From Eledone cirrhosa (Eukaryota): a stretch of 64,000 bases of DNA. The DNA is taken from the NCBI GenBank assembly GCA_964016885.1, contig OZ024766.1, forward strand, positions 2,232,001-2,296,000, given 5' to 3'. The notes under the pieces are model-generated. The model saw nothing but the letters and a program-made list of their open reading frames with translations, did no database searches and was not told where the DNA came from. How positions within the stretch are numbered: position 1 is the stretch's first letter; every line of letters starts with the position of its first letter. This document shows positions 1 through 13,256 of this stretch, in pieces. A program made the position numbers and the translations under genes.

Positions 1-330
1 GTAGTCCAGTTGTGGTACCCCGAGTAGTGGATGGTATCAACGCTTGGCTAAGTTTGACTCAACAAGGGGTTCCATAGTGGTGCTGCGAGTACGATGTAAT
101 TCCTATGTTGTAAACACTTGGAGTAATGATAAATCAGGAAAGAAGGCAAGCTCCGATGAACTGACTGGTTATAACTCTGTATTGGCGATCGAGTAACGTG
201 AAAACAAGCGGATAGCGATCTCTAGACCTACCACTTCAGAGAAACAATTGTCAGCAATGAGATTAAAAACCTTTTTTTTGCATAGCAAACCATGTCACTC
301 TTCTTTCCTGATTTTTATATATATATATAT

Positions 331-521
331 GAACAAGTAAGACCTCGACGGCCGAGCTCGAGCCGTTTCGACGGCTAATTCTGTACAGAATTAGCCGTCG
401 AAACGGCTTGAGCTCAGCCGTCGGGGTCTTACTTGTTCCTATTACCCACTTTACTACCCTAAGTATTGAGTACTTTGGTGCGTTATGGTCCACCTGGTTC
501 CTTACCACATTTCCTTCGTTA
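331..521. repeat. Palindromic dispersed repeat: 108-bp near-perfect inverted repeat (331-438) plus 3' extension
   Basis: gaacaagtaagac...ctgt|acag...gtcttacttgttc, centred at 384/385 and flanked by (TA)n. Related copies at 2891-2987 and 3906-4045. Confidence 0.85.
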
Positions 522-596
522 TATATATATATATATATATAACGGCGATGAATTAGTTTTGCGAGGTTTTTTATATGAAATCGTGTGTCGAAACAA

Positions 597-785
597 ATAT
601 TGTTATACTTGGGGAGGGTCATATTTGTGTAATATTGCCAGAATTAATAACAGAACACACTCACTGTTTGGTTGGTTTTCGCAGACACAGAAGCGAAAAG
701 CGAAAACCAACCAAACAGTGAGTGTGTTCTGTTATTAATTCTGGCAATATTACACAAATATGACCCTCCCCAAGTATAACAATAT
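597..785. repeat. Long hairpin: 86-bp arms (597-682 and 700-785), 17-nt loop
   Basis: Arms are reverse complements by inspection; a further partial copy of the arm start lies at ~791-813. Confidence 0.9.
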
Positions 786-1070
786 ATATAGTTATACTTG
801 GGGAGGGTCATATATATATATGCTTAACATCTCAGAAAAGGGAGAAAAAGAAAAGAAGACTAAAAAAAAACCACACAGGTAGATGCGAGTAATGTCAACC
901 AACCAGCCACCCAACCAACCTACCAGCCCCCCAGAAAGCACTCCACGTCTTCCCGTGAAGGGAGATAACTCAAAATGTCGGCGTTGTTAACGAGAGAAGG
1001 GGGTGTGTGTGTGAAGTGGTAAAACAAACACAACACAATAGTGCAGTGAGTAATGGTGGAACTTTGACAC

Positions 1071-1137
1071 GTATATATATATATATATAGGTATATATAT
1101 ATATATATATATATAGGTATATATAATATATATATAT

Positions 1138-1215
<78 letters not shown>

Positions 1216-1499
1216 CATGGATTTATAAAAAGTAAACTTCCGTCAACACACACACACACACACAGACATATATATTTATATATACACACATATATATATA
1301 TATATACACATATATATATATGTATATATACACATATATACATATATATATACATCAAAGGGAAGCACTTCACTTATAACGAGATACATAACGAAGCTAA
1401 GGTGAGCAATATATTATATTATATATGGCATATATACGTATAAATATCTTTCATTAAACATTTTTGTTTTGTCTTTGTATATATATATACATACATATA

Positions 1500-1561
<62 letters not shown>

Positions 1562-1642
1562 AACCGGTTTTTCATTAGACACACGTGTGTGAATCTACAT
1601 AATTGCAAACATATATATATATATATGTAAATATATATATAT

Positions 1643-1712
<70 letters not shown>

Positions 1713-2401
1713 TTATTTCTATATATATATATATATATATTTATTTCTATATATATATATATATATATTTATTTCTATATATATATATATATATATTTAT
1801 TTCTATATATATATATATATATATTTATTTCTATATATATATATATGTAAATATATATATATATATATGTAAATATATATATATATATATTTATTTCTAT
1901 ATATATATATGTAAATATATATATATATATTTATTTCTATATATATATATATGTAAATATATATATATATATATATGTAAATATATATATATATATATAT
2001 TTATTTCTATATATATATATGTAAATATATATATACATATATATATATATATGTAAATATATATATATATATATATTTATTTCTATATATATATATGTAA
2101 ATATATATATACATATATATATATATGTAAAATATATATATATATATTTATTTCTATATATATATATGTAAATATATATATACATATATATATATGTAAA
2201 TATATATATATATATATTTTTTTCTCTATCTATCTCTCTCTCTCTATATATATATATTTTTTATCTATCTATCTCTATATATATATATATTTATTTTTAT
2301 ATATATATATATATTAATTATATTATATATCTATCTATATATATATTTATTTCTCTCCCTCTCTCTCTCTAATATATATTATAATATATATATATATTAT
2401 A

Positions 2402-2433
<32 letters not shown>

Positions 2434-2455
2434 TATATTATATATATATATATAT
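1071..2455. repeat. Compound (TA)n/(CA)n/(CT)n microsatellite field
   Basis: Direct reading; includes (TA)n interrupted by ttatttct and gtaaa motifs at ~1710-2220. Confidence 0.95.
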
Positions 2456-2613
2456 TTGATATTTTAAAGGTTTTCGTCTCAAAAGTTTGACACGTTTAAC
2501 TTTTTCGATTGTTTCATAGCCAAAGCTGCTTCGTAGCACCTTGTACAAATTAACACACCTTCAATAGGTGTAAATGTACACACACGCATATATATATATA
2601 TTATTATTATATA

Positions 2614-2850
2614 TATAAAGTACCAGTAATGCACTGGGTAATTGCTGGTATATAATAAAGTACCAGTAATGCACTGGGTAATTGCTGGTATATAATAAAG
2701 TACCAGTAATGCACTGGGTATTTGCTGGTATATAATAAAGTACTAGTAACGCACTGGGTAATTGCTGGTATATTATTATTATATATATAAAGTACCAGTA
2801 ATGCACTGGGTAGTTGCTGGCCTTGTGCCTAAAGTAGAAACAATTATTAT
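2614..2850 (+). repeat. ~40-bp tandem repeat (about 5 copies) derived from a SINE 3' end
   Basis: Unit ataaagtaccagtaatgcactgggtaattgctggtatata; the last unit continues into gccttgtgcctaaagtagaaacaattat, identical to the SINE tail at ~25140-25168. Confidence 0.85.
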
Positions 2851-2890
2851 ATATATATATATATATATACATATATATATGAGAAAGTAT

Positions 2891-2987
2891 GACCCCACGA
2901 CGACAGAGCTCAAGCCGTTTCGACGGCTATTTCGGGACTAGTCCAGAAATAGCCGTCGAAACGGCTTGAGCGCTGTCGTCGGGGGTC
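2891..2987. repeat. Palindrome of the same family as 331-438
   Basis: gacccc...agccgtttcgacggct...ggact|agtcc...agccgtcgaaacggct...ggggtc. Confidence 0.85.
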
Positions 2988-3156
2988 TAACATTTAATAT
3001 GATAATTAAGGTGTCCAAAGTCCTGGAAATTTCGACACCGTAATACTTTTGTATGGCCCTGTTATAGTAATTAACACCTTAACAATTATATCAAAACACC
3101 ATCTACAGACTTGAGTTGGTCTCTACCCGGGGTAACTTTACCAAACCGTTACCACT

Positions 3157-3185
3157 GTGTGTGTGTATGTATATATATATATGCA

Positions 3186-3218
<33 letters not shown>

Positions 3219-3865
3219 GCATGTGTGTGTATATATATATATATATATATGCGTGTGTGTATATATATATATATATATGCGCGTGTGTATATATATATAT
3301 ATATATGCATGTGTGTGTATATATATATATATATATATGCATGTGTGTGTGTATATATATATATATATGCATGTGTGTGTGTATATATATATATATATGC
3401 ATGTGTGTGTATATATATATATGCATGTGTGTGTATATACATATATATATGCATGTGTGTGTATATACATATATATATATGTATGTATATACATATATAT
3501 ATATGTATGTATATACATATATATATATGTATGTATATACATATATATATATGTATGTATATACATATATATATATGTATGTATATACATATATATATAT
3601 ATGTATATACATATATATATATGTATGTATATACATATATATATATGTATGTATATACATATATATATATGTATGTATATACATATATATATATGTATGT
3701 ATATACATATATATATATGTATGTATATACATATATATATATGTATGTATATACATATATATATATGTATGTATATACATATATATATATGTATGTATAT
3801 ACATATATATATATGTATGTATATACATATATATATATGTGTGTATATATATATATATATATGCA

Positions 3866-3904
<39 letters not shown>

Positions 3905-3905
3905 G
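3157..3905. repeat. (TA)/(TG) compound microsatellite with a 24-bp period in its second half
   Basis: Direct reading. Confidence 0.95.
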
Positions 3906-4045
3906 TAACGAAGGAAATGTGGTAAGGAACCAGGTGGACCATAACACACCAAAGTACTCAATACTTAGGGTAGTAGAGTGGGTAATAGGAACGAGTAGGA
4001 CCCCGACGGCTGAGCTCAAGCCGTTTCGACGGCTAATTCTATACA
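3906..4045 (-). repeat. Inverted copy of ~382-521
   Basis: taacgaaggaaatgtggtaaggaaccaggtggacc...cgacggctaattctataca is the reverse complement of 382-521 with a few transitions. Confidence 0.9.
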
Positions 4046-4076
4046 TATATATTCTAATTATATATATATATACATA

Positions 4077-4121
<45 letters not shown>

Positions 4122-4180
4122 ATATATATATGTATTTTTTTTTTCTTCTAACAATAACATTACAATCGTATATATAAAAA

Positions 4181-4467
4181 GTCTAAAGTCTAAAGTCTGT
4201 CTTAAGCCAGAAGGCTCATTTGCTCGGTACTTATTCCGGTTTCATGGCGTGTAGCGACTGAGAGTACAAGACTACCCCCTGGACAGGACGCCAGTCCATC
4301 GCAGGGTTAAACCTCCCAGCTATTACTGGTACTCATTTTCAGCTGAGTAAACTGGAGCAATGTGAAATAAAGTGTCTTGCTCAAGGAAACAACACATCAC
4401 CCGGTCTGATAATTGAACCTTTCGATTGCAAGCCTACTGCTCTAACCACTAAGCCATGTGCCTTCAC
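4181..4467 (-). mobile_element. tRNA-derived SINE (CORE-like central domain), tail type B
   Basis: Reverse complement begins gtgaaggcacatggcttagtggttagagc (A box), then ttcaatt (B-box-like), then ccttgagcaagacacttta (CORE-like). Ends in short tandem gacttta repeats. Confidence 0.8.
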
Positions 4468-4605
4468 AAAGTATATATATGCGTGTGTATATAGAGAAAG
4501 AAAAATGTGTAAGTTACATCTGAAGTTAGGGTCAAGTTAGAAACTTTATGTACATCTACTTCAAGTTACATCTTCAACTAAGTACATCTACTTACAAATT
4601 AATTG

Positions 4606-4669
<64 letters not shown>

Positions 4670-4898
4670 GTAGGAGGTGAGTTTTATTGTAGTACAATAA
4701 AGCAGATATCGGATAAGAAGCACTCTACAGTTTGTTGATTTAAAACTGCACTATCCACAAGTGTTTTTTAGCCTTCATATCATGTTCTCCTGTTTTATCT
4801 GATGAAAACACAAATATTATTGCATGATGATGTTTGTTTTTGAAATGCGCATAATAAAATACATGGAACTCCTTTAACCATCTTTTGATATTATATTA
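4670..4898. repeat. Dispersed repeat with rearranged/inverted copies at 5661-5992
   Basis: 4670-4735 is the reverse complement of ~5922-5992; ~4770-4898 matches ~5766-5905 directly and 5661-5764 inversely. Confidence 0.85.
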
Positions 4899-5217
4899 TA
4901 TTATATATATATATATATATATATATCATCATCATCATCATCATCATCGTTTAAAGTCCATCTTCCACGCTTGCATGGGTTTGGACGGATATATATATAT
5001 ATATATATATAAATTAATAAAATAATGAATAAACAAACAAAGAAACAGTTCCTTATATTAAAAAAGTTCATCATTTTACGATCGTTTCTAGGATATATAT
5101 GTTTTAGAGTTGGTATGCATATTCTATAGATCTATGTACAATATTTATACAAACTATCAGAGGGAATATACATTCCTACACATATATATGCTGTCTTCAG
5201 AAATAATGATATTTGTT

Positions 5218-5255
<38 letters not shown>

Positions 5256-5299
5256 TCATCATCATCGTTTAACGTCAATCTTCCACGCTTGCATGGGTT

Positions 5300-5368
<69 letters not shown>

Positions 5369-5412
5369 TCATCATCATCGTTTAACGTCCATCTTCCACG
5401 CTTGCACGGGTT

Positions 5413-5445
<33 letters not shown>

Positions 5446-5624
5446 CGATATATATTTAGTTATGTAATAAACAACATAAGATAATTATTTCATTTACCAG
5501 TGGTTTCTTGAAAGCAAATACATCTGTTTTCAGCTCGACTGAAAACAGATGTAACTGTCGAGTGCTCTAAATCAGTTATAAACATTTATATTTGTCGGAT
5601 TTCCAACAAATTAAATATCCCTTC

Positions 5625-5660
<36 letters not shown>

Positions 5661-5669
<9 letters not shown>

Positions 5670-5905
5670 AGATCAAAAGATGGTTAAATGAGTTCCATGT
5701 ATTTTATTATGCGCATTTCAAAAACAAATATCATCATGCAATAACATTTGTGTTTTCATCAGATTTGTGTTTTTAACCTTCATATCATGTCCTCCTATTT
5801 TATCTGATGAAAACACAAATGTTATTGCATGATGATATTTGTTTTTGAAATGCGCATAATAAAATACATGGAACTCTTTTAACCATCTTTTGTTCTTATA
5901 TATTA
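5661..5905. repeat. Long hairpin: 104-bp arms, 37-nt loop
   Basis: 5661-5764 is the reverse complement of 5802-5905 with about two mismatches; the left arm abuts (TA)n. Confidence 0.9.
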
Positions 5906-6104
5906 TGTATACTCCAGTCCTACAAACTGTAGAGTGCTTCTTATCCGATATCTGCATTGCTTTATTGTACTACAATAAAACTCACCTCCTACCTACTAAA
6001 ACTCTGTGATTGCTTGCTTATCTGTAATGTAATACAGCCAGAAGGGCACATAATGGGAAAATACTTTGAAAGGAAGCTGTATTCCCATTTCAGCCCCTAA
6101 AGGT

Positions 6105-6530
6105 GTATATAGATGTATCTATGTGTGTGTGTGTGTGTATATATATATGTATATATGTATGTATGTATGTCCTACCCATCCTAGTGAGTATATATGTATG
6201 TATGTATATATATATATATGTGTATATATAGATGTATATGTGTATATATGTATATGTGTATATATGTTTGTATGTATATATATATATATATAGATATATT
6301 TATAAATGTGTATATATGTGTATATAAATATGTATATATGTGTATATAAATATGTATATATGTGTATATAAATGTGTATATATGTGTATATATATACACA
6401 TGTATATATGTGTATATATATACATATATGTGTATATAGATATATTTATAAATATGTAAATATATGTATGTATGTATATCATCGCCGTTTTACATCCATT
6501 CTTCCTTACTAGCATGGGTTACATATATAT

Positions 6531-6582
<52 letters not shown>

Positions 6583-6633
6583 GTACATATGTATATATAT
6601 ATGTATATATGTATGTACATATATACATACATA

Positions 6634-6674
<41 letters not shown>

Positions 6675-6714
6675 GTACATACATATATATATATGTACAT
6701 ATATATATACATAC

Positions 6715-6771
<57 letters not shown>

Positions 6772-6838
6772 GGGAGGGTTACAATTAAACTTTTCACATT
6801 CAAGTCTGACCTTGAACAAAGAACAATATCATTGTGTA

Positions 6839-6879
<41 letters not shown>

Positions 6880-6897
6880 ACATATGTTTATACATAC

Positions 6898-6936
<39 letters not shown>

Positions 6937-6950
6937 ACACACACACACAT
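6105..6950. repeat. (TA)/(TG)/(CATA) microsatellite field
   Basis: Direct reading. Confidence 0.95.
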
Positions 6951-7023
6951 CTGAAGAAAGGGTTGGGTGGCTACTTGGTTGTTCCAAGGACATGACAACC
7001 TCCCTAGTGTTGGTAATCTACGC

Positions 7024-8924
7024 GATAAACACACCCAGTACACTCTGTAAAGTGGTAGTGTTGGTGTCACGATAAACACACCCAGTACACTCTGTAAAGT
7101 GGTAGTGTTGGTGTCACGATAAACACACCCAGTACACTCTGTAATGTGGTAGTGTTGGTGTCTTGATATAATACACCCAGTACACTCTGTAAAGTGGTAG
7201 TGTTGGTGTCTTGATATAATACACCCAGTACACTCTGTAAAGTGGTAGTGTTGGTGTCACGATATAATACACCCAGTACACTCTGTAATGTGGTAGTGTT
7301 GGTGTCATGATATAATACACCCAGTACACTCTGTAAAGTGGTAGTGTTGGTGTCATGATATAATACACCCAGTACACTCTGTAAAGTGGTAGTGTTGGTG
7401 TCATGATAAAATACACCCAGTACACTCTGTAAAGTGGTAGTGTTGGTGTCATGATATAATACACCCAGTACACTCTGTAAGGTGGTAGTGTTGGTGTCAT
7501 GATATAATACACCCAGTACACTCTGTAAAGTGGTAGTGTTGGTGTCACGATAAACACACCCAGTACACTCTGTAAAGTGGTAGTGTTGGTGTCATGATAT
7601 AATACACCCAGTACACTCTGTAAAGTGGTAGTGTTGGTGTCATGATACAATACACCCAGTACACTCTGTAAAGTGGCAGTGTTGGTGTCATGATACAATA
7701 CACCCAGTACACTCTGTAAAGTGGCAGTGTTGGTGTCATGATACAATACACCCAGTACACTCTGTAAAGTGGTAGTGTTGGTGTCATGATATAATACACC
7801 CAGTACACTCTGTAAAGTGGCAGTGTTGGTGTCATGATATAATACACCCAGTACACTCTGTAAAGTGGTAGTGTTGGTGTCACGATAGACTACACCCAGT
7901 ACACTCTGTAAAGTGGTAGTGTTGGTGTCATGATATAATACACCCAGTACACTCTGTAAAGTGGTAGTGTTGGTGTCATGATATAATACACCCAGTACAC
8001 TCTGTAAAGTGGTAGTGTTGGTGTCATGATATAATACACCCAGTACACTCTGTAAAGTGGCAGTGTTGGTGTCATGATATAATACACCCAGTACACTCTG
8101 TAAAGTGGCAGTGTTGGTGTCATGATATAATACACCCAGTACACTCTGTAAAGTGGTAGTGTTGGTGTCACGATAGACTACACCCAGTACACTCTGTAAA
8201 GTGGTAGTGTTGGTGTCATGATATAATACACCCAGTACACTCTGTAAAGTGGCAGTGTTGGTGTCATGATATAATACACCCAGTACACTCTGTAAAGTGG
8301 CAGTGTTGGTGTCATGATATAATACACCCAGTACACTCTGTAAAGTGGTAGTGTTGGTGTCACGATAGACTACACCCAGTACACTCTGTAAAGTAGCAGT
8401 GTTGGTGTCATGATAAAATACACCCAGTACACTCTGTAAAGTGGTAGTGTTGGTGTCACGATAAACACACCCAGTACACTCTGTAAAGTGGTAGTGTTGA
8501 TGTCATGATATAATACACCCAGTACACTCTGTAAAGTGGTAGTGTTGGTGTCATGATATAATACACCCAGTACACTCTGTAAAGTGGTAGTGTTGGTGTC
8601 ATGATATAATACACCCAGTACACTCTGTAAAGTGGCAGTGTTGGTGTCATGATATAATACACCCAGTACACTCTGTAAAGTGGTAGTGTTGGTGTCTTGA
8701 TATAATACACCCAGTACACTCTGTAAAGTGGTAGTGTTGGTGTCATGATATAATACACCCAGTACACTCTGTAAAGTGGTAGTGTTGGTGTCACGATAGA
8801 CTACACCCAGTACACTCTGTAAAGTGGCAGTGTTGGTGTCATGATAAAATACATCCAGTACACTCTGTAAAGTGGTAGTGTTGGTGTCATGATATAATAC
8901 ACCCAGTACACTCTGTAAAGTGGT
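7024..8924 (+). repeat. 48-bp minisatellite, about 40 copies, SINE-derived
   Basis: Unit cacccagtacactctgtaaagtggtagtgttggtgtcatgatataata resembles the SINE segment gcacccagcactcactgtaaagtggtcgtggaggtgccacgg and exits into ...taggaagg. Confidence 0.93.
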
Positions 8925-9199
8925 TTGTGATAGGAAGGACTGCTAGGTGAAGAAGGCTTGCCAAACAACCCGCTTACAACACTGTCAAAAATATGACAAC
9001 CTTGCTGTTGTTGGCGCTACAGTGAAATGCTCTCTACCGAGTTGTGGGCCACAGATTTGCATCGCAGTAAACTGCAGTAAGGTAAGCTAAAGACCCCATT
9101 GTACCATTGGAGGGGCGAGTGGCTCATTCTATGCCAGCCTGAATAATTCTTGCTGTCAGGGAACAAAGTGATTTACCACTTTAATATCTACATTACTCT

Positions 9200-9865
9200 C
9201 ATCATCATCATCATCATTGTTTAACGTCCATCTTCCATGCTTGCATGGGTTTGGACGGGAGTTTTCCCACTTGAGGCAAGATTTGGTTGTCTTGCTCGCA
9301 TAGGACTGTCTGGCGGGTTTTCTACGGCTGGATGCCCTTCCTAACACCAACCACGTTTACAGTGTGGACTGGGAGGTTTTTACCGTGTTGCCTACACGGC
9401 CACATTACAGCGTGGACTGTGTGTTTTTTTGTTGTGACACCTACACGTCTGGCGGGTTTTCTACGGCTGGGTGCCCTTCCTAACACCAACCACGTTTACA
9501 GTGTGGGACTGGGAGGTTTTTACCGTGTTACCTACACGGCCACATTACAGTGTGGACTGTGTGTTTTTTTGTTGTGACACCTACACGTCTGGCGGGTTTT
9601 CTACGGCTGGGTGCCCTTCCTAACACCAACCACGTTTACAGTGTGGACTGGGAGGTTTTTACCGTGTTGCCTACACGGCCACATTACAGTGTGGACTGTG
9701 TGTTTTTTTGTTGTGACACCTACACGTCTGGTGGGTTTTCTACGGCTGGGTGCCCTTCCTAACACCAACCACGTTTACAGTGTGGGACTGGGAGGTTTTT
9801 ACCGTGTTACCTACACGGCCACATTACAGCGTGGACTGTGTTTTTTTTGTCGTGACACCTACACG
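9200..9865 (-). mobile_element. SINE 3' part containing four tandem ~139/140-bp copies of its body (9308-9865)
   Basis: (CAT)n tail plus gtttaacgtccatcttccatgcttgcatgg; four repeats of tctacggctggrtgcccttcctaacaccaacc starting ~9308, 9447, 9587 and 9726. Confidence 0.85.
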
Positions 9866-10029
9866 ATCTCATTTGTTTCGGACTGGATGTTGTGGTACCA
9901 ACATAACTTTACATTTAAGGGGGTGGTGTGGATGGGGTGGGGGTAGTGGGACAGAGGTGTATTTTGTTAGAGGTGCCTACTGACTGTAGTAGGTTTCACT
10001 TTTTATTTAGGTAAGGCGGGTCTTTTGTA

Positions 10030-10180
10030 TTACTGTGTAGCACCAAAGATCTCGGTCCAGTGACATTGTCTTGGAGAGGTGTAAGTGTGTGAGGTCGGGA
10101 TTTATCAAGTCGTCCCAGGTTTTTCTGGGTCTGCCTACTCCGTGGCTACCGTCTATTTTTATCGCCCTGCACTTTTTTAC
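10030..10180 (-). mobile_element. RTE-clade LINE ORF C-terminal remnant
   Basis: Minus-strand translation VKKCRAIKIDGSHGVGRPRKTWDDLINPDL...DRDLW matches the RTE 'GRPRKTW...DR..W' end. Confidence 0.7.
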
Positions 10181-10233
10181 TCTATATATACTATTGTTAT
10201 TTAACTGAGTAATTAACTGTGTTGTCTTTCTAA

Positions 10234-10389
<156 letters not shown>

Positions 10390-10439
10390 TAACTCTGCTG
10401 ATTATAATTTTTTCTTTTGGTAATGACTGAAAGGATATG

Positions 10440-12760
10440 GTTGTGAATACAAGGCCCAATATGGAGTTCCATCTGGTCTCTCTGGAGCAATGTTACTTGA
10501 TAGAGCATGTAGCTCAGAGATCAGAGAGTCACTCCAGGTAGAGCCACTACTTCTCTGAATTGAGAGATCACAGCTCTGATACTACAGACATGTGGTTAGA
10601 ATGTCTCGGGAAAGAATCTCTGAATTGAGAGATCACAGCTCTGATACTACAGACATGTGGTTAGAATGTCTCGGGAAAGAATCTCTGAATTGAGAGATCA
10701 CAGCTCTGATACTACAGACATGTGGTTAGAATGTCTCAGGAAAGAATCTCTGAATTGAGAGATCACAGCTCTGATACTACGGACATGTGGTTAGAATTTC
10801 TCAGGAAAGAATCTCTGAATTGAGAGATCACAGCTCTGATACTACAGACATGTGGTTAGAATGTCTCAGGAAAGAATCTCTGAATTGAGAGATCACAGCT
10901 CTGATACTACAGACATGTGGTTAGAATGTCTGAGGAAAGAATCTCTGGATTGAGAGATCACAGCTCTGATACTACAGACATGTGGTTAGAATGTCTGAGG
11001 AAAGAATCTCTGGGTTGAGAGATCACAGCTCTGATACTACAGACATGTGGTTAGAATATCTCAGGAGAGAATCTCTGCATTGAGAGATCACAGCTCTGAT
11101 ACTACAGATATGTGGTTAGAATGTCTCAGGAAAGAATCTCTGAATAGAGAGATCACAGCTCTGATACTACAGACATGTGGTTAGAATGTCTCAGGAAAGA
11201 ATCTCTGGATTGAGAGATCACAGCTCTGATACTACAGACATGTGGTTAGAATGTCTCAGGAAAGAATCTCTGAATAGAGAGATCACAGCTCTGATACTAC
11301 AGACATGTGGTTAGAATGTCTCAGGAAAGAATCTCTGAATAGAGAGATCACAGCTCTGATACTACAGACATGTGGTTAGAATGTCTCAGGAAAGAATCTC
11401 TGAATTGAGAGATCACAGCTCTGATACTACAGACATGTGGTTAGAATGTCTGAGGAAAGAATCTCTGGGTTGAGAGATCACAGCTCTGATACTACAGACA
11501 TGTGGTTAGAATGTCTGAGGAAAGAATCTCTGAATAGAGAGATCACAGCTCTGATACTACAGACATGTGGTTAGAATTTCTCAGGAAAGAATCTCTGAAT
11601 TGAGAGATCACAGCTCTGATACTACAGACATGTGGTTAGAATGTCTCAGGAAAGAATCTCTGAATTGAGAGATCACAGCTCTGATACTACAGACATGTGG
11701 TTAGAATGTCTCGGGAAAGAATCTCTGAATTGAGAGATCACAGCTCTGATACTACAGACATGTGGTTAGAATGTCTCGGGAAAGAATCTCTGAATTGAGA
11801 GATCACAGCTCTGATACTACAGACATGTGGTTAGAATGTCTCAGGAAAGAATCTCTGAATTGAGAGATCACAGCTCTGATACTACGGACATGTGGTTAGA
11901 ATTTCTCAGGAAAGAATCTCTGAATTGAGAGATCACAGCTCTGATACTACAGACATGTGGTTAGAATGTCTCAGGAAAGAATCTCTGAATTGAGAGATCA
12001 CAGCTCTGATACTACAGACATGTGGTTAGAATGTCTGAGGAAAGAATCTCTGGATTGAGAGATCACAGCTCTGATACTACAGACATGTGGTTAGAATGTC
12101 TGAGGAAAGAATCTCTGGGTTGAGAGATCACAGCTCTGATACTACAGACATGTGGTTAGAATATCTCAGGAGAGAATCTCTGCATTGAGAGATCACAGCT
12201 CTGATACTACAGATATGTGGTTAGAATGTCTCAGGAAAGAATCTCTGAATAGAGAGATCACAGCTCTGATACTACAGACATGTGGTTAGAATGTCTCAGG
12301 AAAGAATCTCTGGATTGAGAGATCACAGCTCTGATACTACAGACATGTGGTTAGAATGTCTCAGGAAAGAATCTCTGAATAGAGAGATCACAGCTCTGAT
12401 ACTACAGACATGTGGTTAGAATGTCTCAGGAAAGAATCTCTGAATAGAGAGATCACAGCTCTGATACTACAGACATGTGGTTAGAATGTCTGAGGAAAGA
12501 ATCTCTGGGTTGAGAGATCACAGCTCTGATACTACAGACATGTGGTTAGAATGTCTCAGGAAAGAATCTCTGGACAGATTTTACAGGTAAAACTGAATGG
12601 CAGGAGAGACAGGGGTAGACCCCGAGTAAGATGATTGGATAACATCCATGAGCTTGGCTGGTCTTGCTTGGGGATCCAACCAGATCTGCCTGGAACCACA
12701 ATCATGACCAGCCAAGCGTGGAAGAATGTAAAATGGTGATTTTGATGATACATATATACA
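10440..12760 (+). mobile_element. Degenerate RTE-clade (Expander/Rex3-like) LINE 3' fragment hosting a 65-bp array
   Basis: Reads ...LLDRACSSEIRESLQVEPLLL*IERSQL*YY(R/G)[35 protein letters not shown] across the array flanks. Confidence 0.75.
10552..12574 (+). repeat. 65-bp minisatellite, about 31 copies, in the intron after GALE coding exon 1
   Basis: Unit tctctgaattgagagatcacagctctgatactacagacatgtggttagaatgtctcaggaaagaa; starts at 10552, 10617, etc. Confidence 0.97.
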
Positions 12761-12793
12761 TAGTAAGGTATATACATATATATATACATAGTG

Positions 12794-12846
<53 letters not shown>

Positions 12847-12849
12847 GCG

Positions 12850-12902
<53 letters not shown>

Positions 12903-12941
12903 GCGAGGTATATATATATATATATATATATATACATAGCG

Positions 12942-12988
<47 letters not shown>

Positions 12989-13063
12989 GCGAGGTATATA
13001 CATATATATATATATATATACATAGCGAGGTATATACATATATATATATATATATACATAGTG

Positions 13064-13102
<39 letters not shown>

Positions 13103-13144
13103 GCGAGATATATACATATATATATATGTATATACCTCACTATG

Positions 13145-13212
<68 letters not shown>

Positions 13213-13218
13213 CCTCGC

Positions 13219-13256
<38 letters not shown>

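Noticed and set aside
940-1052. Possible GALE promoter or 5' UTR exon (caaaatgtcggcg YY1-like motif, gtgagt donor-like site)
   Set aside because: Short motifs only; cannot be supported without transcript data.
4798-4812. ctgatga...aaa as a hammerhead ribozyme core (also at 5804)
   Set aside because: I could not identify stem II followed by GAAA, or a matching cleavage triplet, by eye.
920-6934. Many long YI/IY/CV-rich ORFs (also at 12556-13466, 22720-23962, 27071-27354)
   Set aside because: These are translations of (TA)n/(TG)n microsatellites, which lack stop codons; there is no protein-like complexity.
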